Below are positions 1 through 8,401 of a stretch of DNA of 64,000 nt, one piece after another. Position 1 is the stretch's first letter; every line of letters begins with the position of its first letter. Made by a program: the position numbers and the translations under genes. The stretch spans positions 1,344,001-1,408,000 of the forward strand of contig OZ244065.1 in assembly GCA_965215505.1 (NCBI GenBank), given 5' to 3'. This stretch comes from Capsulimonadaceae bacterium (GTDB taxonomy: Bacteria > Armatimonadota > Armatimonadia > Armatimonadales > Capsulimonadaceae). A model generated the notes under the pieces. That model did no database searches. It saw only the letters and a list, made by a program, of their open reading frames with translations, and was not told the origin of the DNA.

Positions 1-104
1 GGAATAGCGGCGGCAGAGGTCCTGAAAGACCGCCTCCGCGTCCGGCTTGGCAAGACCCGCATGGGTGGCCGTCTCGTGCCATGCTGCTTCCAGCTCTTGG
101 CGCG

Positions 105-866
105 TCACTTCTTCGCCAGCAGGCTTGCCGCCGCCTCGTCCAGAAGCCAGGTCAGCGTCCCCGAGGTAGGCTGAACACCTCCCGCCGGGTGCTTGTCCAG
201 GCCCGCCCCGCCTTCAAAGATGTCGCGCACGGCGGCGGCTTTTTTCTCGCCGTTGACCAGGAAGACGACCTGACGGGCGGCGTTCAGCACGGGGAACGTG
301 CAGGTGATCCGGTCCACGGGCGGCGGCAGGGTGCCGGGCGGGCTGGACACGACCCAGCGGTCCGTGACGTGCAGCGTCGGCATCCCGGGGAACAGGGAGG
401 CGCAGTGGCCGTCGTCGCCCATGCCGAGCAGGATCAAATCCAGGGCGGGCGGCGGGCCGTCGGTCGTGAGGCCGAAGACGCCGGCCAGAGTTTGCGCGTA
501 TTCGTCGACAGCATCTTGGACGGTCGGCGCGGTGGTGGGGATCGGCAGGACATGGGCCGGGGCGAGCGGCACATGGTCCAGTAAAAGCCGTTTGCACATG
601 CCGTAGTTAGAACGGTCATCGTCATACGGGACGAAACGCTCGTCGCCCAGGAAGACGAAGACGTTTGCCCAGTCCACCTCAGTCGTGTGCGGTGCCTGCG
701 CCAGAAGCTCATAAGTCTTGTGGGGGCTGGAGCCGCCGGTCAGGGCGACGGTGAAGCGCCCCCGCGCGGCGACCGCCTCCCGCGCGGCCTGCACGAAAAG
801 GTCGGCGGCATGGGCGGAGAGGGCGGCTTGATCCGAAAAGGTCTGGATGTCCTGAATGTCTGGCAT
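105..866 (-). CDS. pgl: 6-phosphogluconolactonase
   Basis: ALTGGSSP, GDERFVP, LLGMGDDGHCASLFPG and RITCTFPVLN motifs. Confidence 0.93.
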   Translation of the reverse strand: MPDIQDIQTFSDQAALSAHAADLFVQAAREAVAARGRFTVALTGGSSPHKTYELLAQAPHTTEVDWANVFVFLGDERFVPYDDDRSNYGMCKRLLLDHVPLAPAHVLPIPTTAPTVQDAVDEYAQTLAGVFGLTTDGPPPALDLILLGMGDDGHCASLFPGMPTLHVTDRWVVSSPPGTLPPPVDRITCTFPVLNAARQVVFLVNGEKKAAAVRDIFEGGAGLDKHPAGGVQPTSGTLTWLLDEAAASLLAKK

Positions 867-921
867 GGGCGTGTGCTTTCGGAAGGACGGCCCGGCGCGG
901 GAAGCGCCGGGCCGTCGTCGG

Positions 922-1890
922 TTATCGCGGCGAGGGGACGCCCGCCAGGGCGTCGTCGATCGCCGTCAGGACGTCAGTGGAGAGCGTCTTGCCTGACGCG
1001 CCCGCGTTGTCCTCCACCTGGGCGGGGCGGGAAGCGCCGATGATGACGCTGCTGACGTTCTTCTGGCGCAGGCACCAGGCCAGCGCGAGCTGCGCCATGG
1101 AGAGGCCCGCGCCCGAGGCGATCTCGCCGAGCTTTGCGACCTTGCCCAGCACGTCGTCGTCCAGCTTGCCGCCGTTCATGAACATGTTCTGGCCGGGGTC
1201 GGCCGCCCGGCTGCCCTCGGGCGGGGCCTGGCCGGGCTTGTATTTGCCGGTCAGCACGCCCTGGGCCAGCGGCGAGAAGACAACCTGGCCGATGCCCTCG
1301 CGCTCGCACAGGGGGATGACTTCCTTCTCGATCCCGCGCCCGATCATGTTGTAGTAGGGCTGGTTTGAGGCGATGGGGTGCAGGCGCGCGCCCCGGATGT
1401 AGTCCACGGCGTGGGCGATCTGCCCGGCGCTCCATTCGGAAACGCCCGCATAGAGGATCTTGCCCTGCCGCGCCAGGTCGTCGAGCGCGACCAGTGTCTC
1501 TTCCAGCGGCGTCTCGCTATCGTACCGATGGCACTGGTAGAGGTCAATGTAGTCGGTGCCCAGGCGCTTCAAGGACAGGTGGCACTGCTCGAAGATGTGC
1601 TTGCGGGACAGGCCGCGATCGTTGGGGCCGTCGCCCATCGGGAAATAGACTTTGGTGGCGAGAAAGTAGGAATCGCGCGGGTAGGCGGCAAGCGCCCTGC
1701 CGACGACCTCCTCCGACTTGCCGCGCGCGTAGACGTTGGCCGTGTCGAAGAAGTTGATGCCCAGGTCGTAAGCCTTCTCGATACAGGCGCGCGCCGCCTC
1801 GTCCTCGGTCGCGCCCCCGTAGGTGAGCCAGGAGCCGAGCGAGACCTCACTGACCTTGACGCCGTACTTGCCTAAATGACGATACTGCAT
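922..1890 (-). CDS. aldo/keto reductase (Kv-beta-like)
   Basis: Start trimmed to MQYRHLGKYGVKVSEVSLGSW; FFDTANVY, DYIDLYQCHR, SPLAQGVLTGKY. Confidence 0.9.
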   Translation of the reverse strand: MQYRHLGKYGVKVSEVSLGSWLTYGGATEDEAARACIEKAYDLGINFFDTANVYARGKSEEVVGRALAAYPRDSYFLATKVYFPMGDGPNDRGLSRKHIFEQCHLSLKRLGTDYIDLYQCHRYDSETPLEETLVALDDLARQGKILYAGVSEWSAGQIAHAVDYIRGARLHPIASNQPYYNMIGRGIEKEVIPLCEREGIGQVVFSPLAQGVLTGKYKPGQAPPEGSRAADPGQNMFMNGGKLDDDVLGKVAKLGEIASGAGLSMAQLALAWCLRQKNVSSVIIGASRPAQVEDNAGASGKTLSTDVLTAIDDALAGVPSPR

Positions 1891-2118
1891 GGGAAATCCT
1901 TTGCTGGGTCCGCCGGCGGACCCTTGCGGGCGTGGAATGCTCCGCCAGTATTCCCATTCCGGCCGCCGTTTTCCTGTCTGATTCGCGCCCAGGCTCGTAT
2001 ATTTTCGGGAATGCGGGCTGGCAGGCGGGCATCCGTTTTGCCCGCGCGAAAATCCGGGTAGGATAGCGACAGGCCGTTTGTACAAGGCCGACAGGATACC
2101 GTCGTGGGGGAGGTTGCT

Positions 2119-2475
2119 TTGAATCTGGAAATCGACACACAAATGACGCCCGATCAGATTCCCGTCGTGCATCTGAAGGGGGAGATTGATCTGCACACCT
2201 GCTCGGTCCTGCGCGACACGCTGCGCGATCTGATCGAGCGGGATCACAACCAGATCGTGATCAATCTGGCCGAGGTCCCCTACCTGGACAGCGCCGCGCT
2301 GGGCGTGCTGGTGGACGCCGTCCGGCGCGTCCGCGAACACGAGGGCGGCATCAGCCTCGTCTCGACGACGGCGTTCGTGCGCCGCGCCTTCGAGATCACC
2401 CGGCTGGTCAAGATCTTCCAGCTGTACGACGACAACGAGGCCGCGCTGACCGACATCCGCGCGCAGTCGAAGTAG
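2119..2475 (+). CDS. anti-sigma factor antagonist (STAS, RsbV-like)
   Basis: LKGEIDL and YLDSAALGVLV phospho-Ser motif; GGGAGG RBS before TTG at 2119. Confidence 0.9.
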   Translation: MNLEIDTQMTPDQIPVVHLKGEIDLHTCSVLRDTLRDLIERDHNQIVINLAEVPYLDSAALGVLVDAVRRVREHEGGISLVSTTAFVRRAFEITRLVKIFQLYDDNEAALTDIRAQSK

Positions 2476-2488
2476 CCCCACAGCCAGG

Positions 2489-2527
2489 AAACGCCCCCGC
2501 CAAGAATGGCGGGGGCGTTTCTTTTTT
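2489..2527 (+). terminator. intrinsic terminator
   Basis: aaacgcccccgcca-agaa-tggcgggggcgttt followed by T run. Confidence 0.85.
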
Positions 2528-2555
2528 CGCGGCGGCACATCCTGAGCGGCGATCT

Positions 2556-3116
2556 TTAGACGGCCTGGCTGTCCTCCCACTCGGAGTGGCAGCGGTAGAC
2601 GGCCTCGCTGATGCGGGCGACGCGCGGGATCAGATCACCGGTGTCGTGCTTCAGGACCTCGCGCAGCGTCGGCGGCAGGAACAGGGCCTCCAGGGCGTCC
2701 AGGGACCGCTTCTGCCCGGCGTAGTCCACGACGCTCGGCGTTTGGTCCGTGCCGCCGAACTCGGCTTCCAGGTAGGGGCGGACGCGGGCCGCCGTGCGGT
2801 AGTAGTTGGTGACGAACCAGCGTCGTGTCTGGGCGTACTCCGATTCCTTACGTCCGTCGCAGCCATTCTTGGCCGCCGCGCACAGGACCTCGGTGAAGAC
2901 CTCATACTGGTCAATGAAGGTCAGCCAGGCCTGGGCGGCGTCCCCGCTGGCCGTGCGTCGGATGGCCGCCGAGCGGGCGCTGGCGGGCCGGACGGACGAT
3001 GAGGGCGGCCGCGTCTGACGGTAGCCCACCAGTGATGCCGTCGCGCGGCTGGCGGCTGCCCCGGCCCGCAGACGCAGACGGTACATGAAAGGGAGAGGAA
3101 GGTTGCTTCGGATCAT
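2556..3116 (-). CDS. hypothetical protein
   Basis: 186-aa ORF, GAGG-like RBS, protein-like composition; no family recognised. Confidence 0.65.
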   Translation of the reverse strand: MIRSNLPLPFMYRLRLRAGAAASRATASLVGYRQTRPPSSSVRPASARSAAIRRTASGDAAQAWLTFIDQYEVFTEVLCAAAKNGCDGRKESEYAQTRRWFVTNYYRTAARVRPYLEAEFGGTDQTPSVVDYAGQKRSLDALEALFLPPTLREVLKHDTGDLIPRVARISEAVYRCHSEWEDSQAV

Positions 3117-3198
3117 GGCAGAGGTGCCTCTTGATGGCGTGTGTTAGGTGTCATTGTGAGATAATGTATGATAAGGCGTGGTTCACCGGAACCCTAGT

Positions 3199-3657
3199 CT
3201 ATACGGACGGCCCGCGCTGGGAAACGTAATTCAGCCGCAAGTCGTTAAGCAGGGTGTGCAGATCACGGCGCATGTCGGCGGAGATGACCGCCTCGGGTGC
3301 GGTTTCGAGCCGCGCGGCGAGGTCACCGACCGCGTCAATCGCCACCTTGGCGTCCGCCAGGTCCGGCTTGGCCTCGCCCGTCTGCGGGTCCGCCAGCAGC
3401 CCCATCTTCTGCCAGGCCTGGGACGACAACAGGTTGATGCAGTAGCCGATCAGGTCGTAAGTGGTGGGCGCGACGCCCGCCGCCAAGTCTTCGTCTAGTT
3501 GTTCGTCCAGCTCATCGTCGTCCGGCCCGGTGGCCTGTGCCTGGATCGGCTCCGGCTGTATCGGCTCCGGCTCTGGGGCTATCACGGTCATGACCGGCTC
3601 CGACGCCTGTGTGCGGCGCTTGTCAACGAACGTGAACCCTGCTTCTTCTTCGGCCAT
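3199..3657 (-). CDS. DUF1844 domain protein
   Basis: GFTFVDKRR N-terminus; AWQKMGLLADPQTGE..DLADAKVAID..L; LNDLRLNYV. Confidence 0.8.
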   Translation of the reverse strand: MAEEEAGFTFVDKRRTQASEPVMTVIAPEPEPIQPEPIQAQATGPDDDELDEQLDEDLAAGVAPTTYDLIGYCINLLSSQAWQKMGLLADPQTGEAKPDLADAKVAIDAVGDLAARLETAPEAVISADMRRDLHTLLNDLRLNYVSQRGPSV

Positions 3658-3954
3658 GCGACGCACTCCCAAAATGTACTCCCCGTTCGGGGGCGCGGGT
3701 TATTCTAGCACATAAATCGCGGGTTCGCAAGGGCGGCTTTAGAAGCAGGCCGAAAGTCATAAAAAGATTTTTGCCGTCTTTTTTGCCCTGCGGCGGGCGG
3801 GGTTCAACTCGGCATGAGTAGAGTTGGACAGGCCTGCTCCAGCCGGCCGTGGGCGACACACTCTGGGTTATAGGAGCGACTTTACGGGGGAATAATCATT
3901 CGGCGTTGTGCGGCGACCACGAAAGACGGCAGCAAAGGACGGACCGACCGGACC

Positions 3955-4923
3955 ATGAGAGTCATCACCCTCGAAGAGCATTTTACGACACCCCTCTACC
4001 GGGAGGCCACGGCCCCCCTCACGGCGGGGCAGAAGACAAGCGAGCATATGCAGACGATCCAGCGCAAGCAGGCGGACCTCGGCGACGGGCGCATTGCGGA
4101 CATGGACGCGGCGGGCGTTGACCTTCAGGTCCTGTCCCTCTCCGGCATCCTCCTGGATGCCCTGGACCCGCAGGCCGCGACCGCCGTGGCGCGTGACGCC
4201 AACGACAAGGCGGCGGAGGCGGTGCGGGCGTATCCCGGCCGCTTCGCCGCACTGGCCGCGCTGGGCCTCCACGAGCCTGAGCAGGCGGCGGATGAACTCC
4301 GGCGGTGTGTTCAGGAACTCGGTTTTCGGGGGGCCATCGTCAACGGGACGAGCGGCGCCTTGTTCCTCGACGACCCGCGCTTCTTCCCCGTCTTCCAGGC
4401 CGCCCAGGAACTGGACGTGCCTGTCTATCTCCATCCCGCCCCGCCCCCGCGCGTGGTCCAGGAGGCTTACTACGGCGGCCTGCCGGACGGGTACGGGCAG
4501 GCGCTCTCTATCGCGGCCTGGGGGTGGCACACGGAGACGGGCCTGCACGCCCTGCGGCTGATGGCTTCCGGCCTCTTTGACCGCCTCCCCGGCCTCCAGG
4601 TCATCATCGGACACATGGGGGAGGACCTGCCGTTCTCCCTCGCCCGCGCCGAGTCCATCCTGGCCCAGCAGGCCCGCCCCCTGGAGAAGCCGCTGACGGA
4701 GACCTTCCGCACCCACTTCCATGTTACGACCAGCGGCTACTTCACCCTGCCGCCGTTCCTGTGCGCGCTGATGGTGGTCGGCGCGGACCGCCTGCTGTTC
4801 TCCGTGGACTACCCGTTCAGCACGAACGACCAGGGCCGGGCGTTCCTCGACTCGCTGCCCGTCAGCGGGGACGACAAAGAGAAGATCGCCCACGGCAACG
4901 CCGAGCGGCTTCTGAAACTCTGA
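3955..4923 (+). CDS. amidohydrolase family 2 protein (aromatic acid decarboxylase/ACMSD-like)
   Basis: ITLEEHF, VYLHP, IIGHMGE, LFSVDYPF, IAHGNAERLL. Confidence 0.9.
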   Translation: MRVITLEEHFTTPLYREATAPLTAGQKTSEHMQTIQRKQADLGDGRIADMDAAGVDLQVLSLSGILLDALDPQAATAVARDANDKAAEAVRAYPGRFAALAALGLHEPEQAADELRRCVQELGFRGAIVNGTSGALFLDDPRFFPVFQAAQELDVPVYLHPAPPPRVVQEAYYGGLPDGYGQALSIAAWGWHTETGLHALRLMASGLFDRLPGLQVIIGHMGEDLPFSLARAESILAQQARPLEKPLTETFRTHFHVTTSGYFTLPPFLCALMVVGADRLLFSVDYPFSTNDQGRAFLDSLPVSGDDKEKIAHGNAERLLKL

Positions 4924-4958
4924 GGGTGATGCTTGTTGTACGCCGGGAGGGGAAGCGA

Positions 4959-5312
4959 ATGGGTTTTCGTCGCAAGAAAGAAGACGTGAAGACCGCACAT
5001 AGATGGAAGCAGTTTGTTTCCGACAATGCGACCCTGATACAAGAGGTCGGCTTGCCGCTGTGGATCAGTGATGAGCATGACTATTGGCAGGATGTCATCT
5101 ACTATGGATACCCTGAGCAGTACCAGGAGCGGAACCCCTCGTCCGTGCCGATGTTCAACTTGACAACGGCAAAGCCGTCAGAGTTGGTGGGATTTGTGGG
5201 GCTTCTTAGCCTGTATTTTGAGGATGGCTTTGCCTACTGTGATCCTGAGTTTTTGAAGTGGCAAGACCGTGAGGCCCATGACCGGATCGCGGCCCGGTTC
5301 GCACCTGCCTGA
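4959..5312 (+). CDS. hypothetical protein, lower GC
   Basis: Start trimmed to MGFRRKK after GGGAGGG; no family recognised. Confidence 0.6.
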   Translation: MGFRRKKEDVKTAHRWKQFVSDNATLIQEVGLPLWISDEHDYWQDVIYYGYPEQYQERNPSSVPMFNLTTAKPSELVGFVGLLSLYFEDGFAYCDPEFLKWQDREAHDRIAARFAPA

Positions 5313-5360
5313 AGTGTTTCGAGTAGCCCGACCGATACCGCACCGGGCAGGGGTAAACAG

Positions 5361-5915
5361 ATGCTCATCGCGATAGCGCCCCCGGAGTTCAATGTTGACT
5401 GCGACCTGAAGTACGCCACCGCCGACAACTTCACGGGCGAGGCTGTCTACCGGTCGGCCCTCTGTTATCTCCACCACGACGCCGCACGGACCTTGCAGCA
5501 GGCCATCGCGCTGGCCGCGCCGCTCGGGCTGGGCTTCCTCGTTTATGACGCCTTCCGCCCCGCCGAGGCGCAGCAAAGGTTGTGGGACCACACGCCGGAC
5601 CCGACGTTCCTCGCCGACCCCGCCACAGGCTCAAACCACTCGCGCGGCGTCGCGGTTGACCTGACGCTGATGGACGCCGACACACGCCGGCCGCTCGACA
5701 TGGGCACCGCGTTCGACGACTTCACCCCGCTGTCCGCGCACGGCTGCACTGAGGTTCCCGCCGAGGCCCAGCGGAACCGCCTCCTGCTGCTGGGCCTCAT
5801 GACGGCGGCGGGCTGGGACTTCTACGCCGACGAGTGGTGGCACTATCAGCTCCCGAACGCGCGTGCCGAGTACCCGCTGCTGGGCAACGCCGACATGGGG
5901 ACGGGGATGGTGTAG
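5361..5915 (+). CDS. ddpX: D-alanyl-D-alanine dipeptidase (M15D)
   Basis: YATADNFTG, YDAFRP, SNHSRGVAVDLTL (SxHxxGxAxD), EWWHY. Confidence 0.92.
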   Translation: MLIAIAPPEFNVDCDLKYATADNFTGEAVYRSALCYLHHDAARTLQQAIALAAPLGLGFLVYDAFRPAEAQQRLWDHTPDPTFLADPATGSNHSRGVAVDLTLMDADTRRPLDMGTAFDDFTPLSAHGCTEVPAEAQRNRLLLLGLMTAAGWDFYADEWWHYQLPNARAEYPLLGNADMGTGMV

Positions 5916-6066
5916 GACGTTACCCCATGCCCACGAGTATCGGCACAGATCATCACCGGAGAGAGTCATACACGGGACTAATCTCAGTCTGCACTACCTC
6001 GTACTTTTCGATAGGCTTCCCATGGCCGACGGATTTATCCCGGTCTTCCATGACCATTATCCTGAA

Positions 6067-6223
6067 CGAGTGATTGAAATCACTCGCTGATTGGGACCTG
6101 TCCAGGGGACAGAAGAAGGAAGGACAGAAAAAGGAAGGACAGAAGAGGCAAGCACCAGCGGAGCCATCGGCTCTACTTGTCCCCTGGACGAATCCGACCG
6201 GAGCGAGTGATTTCAATCACTCG
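6067..6223. repeat. REPIN-like inverted doublet
   Basis: cgagtgattgaaatcactcgct (6067-6088) and its exact reverse complement (6202-6223); inner IR gtccaggggaca/tgtcccctggac. Confidence 0.8.
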
Positions 6224-6370
6224 TCCGCACTCCCCCGCTCCCTCCAGCCCGTTCGCCCTGTCGCCTATGGCAGACAGTCCGATACATCGCCCTCACCCTA
6301 CTATGTCAGCTATTCATGCAAAGCGAGCATCGCGGCAGGAAAACGGCTGCTCGGTGCCGAAGTCTGCCGT

Positions 6371-8287
6371 ATGTACTTCTGTTTCGGCCTGCTCGCGGGC
6401 CTCCGTCAAGCCGATTGTTCCCGTGCGCTTCGGAGTCGTCCGGCGCTCGCCCTTCTCGGCGCTGCCTATCTCCTCGGGCTATGCGGCCTGATGGGGCGGG
6501 GCGCGCGGGCCGACACGACGCTGTGGCAGATCGGGGCCGGCGACGACTCCGCCGCCGAGTTCGGCGACTACCCGAAGGCACCCATAACGAAGGTAATCGT
6601 CCCCGGCTCGGCGAGCGGCCGGGACGTTCCGAAGGGTCTTAAGGCCGACGCCGACCCCGTCGTGGAGATCGCTTACGGCGTCAAGACGGTCCCCCATAAT
6701 GGCGCGGAGTTCTCCTTCAAGCTGCTCGACGCCCCGGCCTCCGGCGCGGAGATGGCGGTCTTTTCCAACGGCACAATGGCTGGGCTGATTCAGTTGTGGG
6801 GGACCTCGGGGACGAGCAGCCCCTACAAGTGGAGGAAGACCTACCGCCTTTACATCCCGAAAGAGATGCTCCGGCCGGGCCGGAACGTCCTGCGGCTGGA
6901 AGCCACGCGGCCCCTCTGGAGTCCCGAGTCGGTGAACGGCCGCCTGTGGTGCGAGTGGGACTATCTGAAGCTGGCCGCCCTGAGCCGCCCCGCCGCCGAA
7001 CCGGTGCAGGGGGCCGTCGCCTATCTGGGGACGACGCTCAAGAACGGCCAGTTCTTCATCAACGACGACACCCTGAAGCTGGCCCCGGTCTTGCTCCCCT
7101 GGCTGGGAATCGCCTACAGCGGCAACACCATGCGCGCCGACTTCTGGGAAGACGTCGGCTCCCAGCAGCCGCGCCGGCTGGAGTACCTGGAAGCCCTGCG
7201 CGGCCTCAACATGACCGTGGCCGTGGATCACATCAGCGGCTACCATTTCAAGGACGACGCCTCGGGCCAGATGCCCCCGCAGACGCGCGCCGCGCTCGAC
7301 GACTTTTTCGCCCGCTACGGCGGCCTGTTCCAGTTTTATGAGCTTGGCAACGAGCCGTGCATGTTCGGCGGCGGGCTGACCGAAACCCTGCAAATCGCCC
7401 GCTATTTGGGCCGCATCAAGCCCGCCCATGTCCAGCTCGTCGCGCCCGGCTGGGCCTACGGCGGCGGCAAGGGGACGCCTAAAGATTGGGACGCCGACCC
7501 GGCCAACCGCCGTCAGGTGGAGGCGCTGTGCCAGCTCACGAACGGTCACTCATACGGCTACTCCTACGCGAACGATAAGGGCGGCAGCTTCATCGAGAAC
7601 CTGAACACCTTCGGCGGCGTCGAGGACGGGTGGCCGCGCCCGTACCTGAACACCGAGACGGGGACGAATGACTGGCACTCGGAGGAGAACGGCCCCAAGC
7701 TGGCCTCCTCACAGCCCCACGCCCAGGCCTTCGACCGCATCCTGCGCGCGCACCTGGCCGTGGTTGACCGGACCATGCAGCACGCCGCCATCTTCGACGA
7801 GTTCGGCCTGTTCCAGATGCCGGCCAATTTCGCCGACCTTTCCACCTTGACCGCCACGCCGGGCGTCGGCGGCGAGGACGGCCGCGTACAGACGTTCCGC
7901 CGCCTGGCGCTCGCCTATGCCACCCACGGGGCACCGCTGCCGTTTTCCTACCTGAACCGGCCCGAGATGGCGGGGCGGCACGTCCTCTTCCGCGCGGTCA
8001 ACACGGCGACTTTAGCTCCGCTTCCCGGCAGCGGCGGCAGGTCGGACAAGGTCCTGCTGAACTTCGTCAGCTTCGAGAACACGCCGCAGCGGGTGCGGGT
8101 GCGGGTGACACTGCCGCAGGCGGGCCGGTACACCGGCGACCGCTTCGGCCCCGGCCGGACCTATGCCGACGCGCACAGCCGCGTGACCCTCGCCGCGGCC
8201 CCGACCGTGGACCTGGACGTCACCCTGCCTCCGCGCGAGTCCTTCCAGTACATCCTTACGCCCCCTGCCCGTTCGCCCCGGCAGTGA
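6371..8287 (+). CDS. secreted putative clan GH-A glycoside hydrolase with N-terminal beta-sandwich
   Basis: Signal ending ARA; LWQIGAGDDSAAEF; ELGNEP and NTETG glutamates; start uncertain. Confidence 0.65.
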   Translation: MYFCFGLLAGLRQADCSRALRSRPALALLGAAYLLGLCGLMGRGARADTTLWQIGAGDDSAAEFGDYPKAPITKVIVPGSASGRDVPKGLKADADPVVEIAYGVKTVPHNGAEFSFKLLDAPASGAEMAVFSNGTMAGLIQLWGTSGTSSPYKWRKTYRLYIPKEMLRPGRNVLRLEATRPLWSPESVNGRLWCEWDYLKLAALSRPAAEPVQGAVAYLGTTLKNGQFFINDDTLKLAPVLLPWLGIAYSGNTMRADFWEDVGSQQPRRLEYLEALRGLNMTVAVDHISGYHFKDDASGQMPPQTRAALDDFFARYGGLFQFYELGNEPCMFGGGLTETLQIARYLGRIKPAHVQLVAPGWAYGGGKGTPKDWDADPANRRQVEALCQLTNGHSYGYSYANDKGGSFIENLNTFGGVEDGWPRPYLNTETGTNDWHSEENGPKLASSQPHAQAFDRILRAHLAVVDRTMQHAAIFDEFGLFQMPANFADLSTLTATPGVGGEDGRVQTFRRLALAYATHGAPLPFSYLNRPEMAGRHVLFRAVNTATLAPLPGSGGRSDKVLLNFVSFENTPQRVRVRVTLPQAGRYTGDRFGPGRTYADAHSRVTLAAAPTVDLDVTLPPRESFQYILTPPARSPRQ

Positions 8288-8401
8288 CGGCGCTCTGCCG
8301 GAGGCCCGGCAGGAAATTCACCGGCGGCCGGCGAACACCAAGGGCGGCAGGGTGGCCGGGCGATTGGGCCGGCCTCTGCCGCACCCTAAAGACCGGAGAA
8401 C

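Noticed and set aside
3780-3900. Possible ncRNA in the intergenic region
   Set aside because: No tRNA, SRP, 6S or riboswitch signature identified
4959-5360. Other lower-GC orphan genes (4959, 27595, 42346, 51806) as integron cassettes
   Set aside because: No attC-like structure found after their stop codons
5927-6066. Possible IS200/RAYT transposase remnant (SLHYLVLF) next to a REP doublet
   Set aside because: Too short; no HUH or catalytic Tyr motif; could be chance
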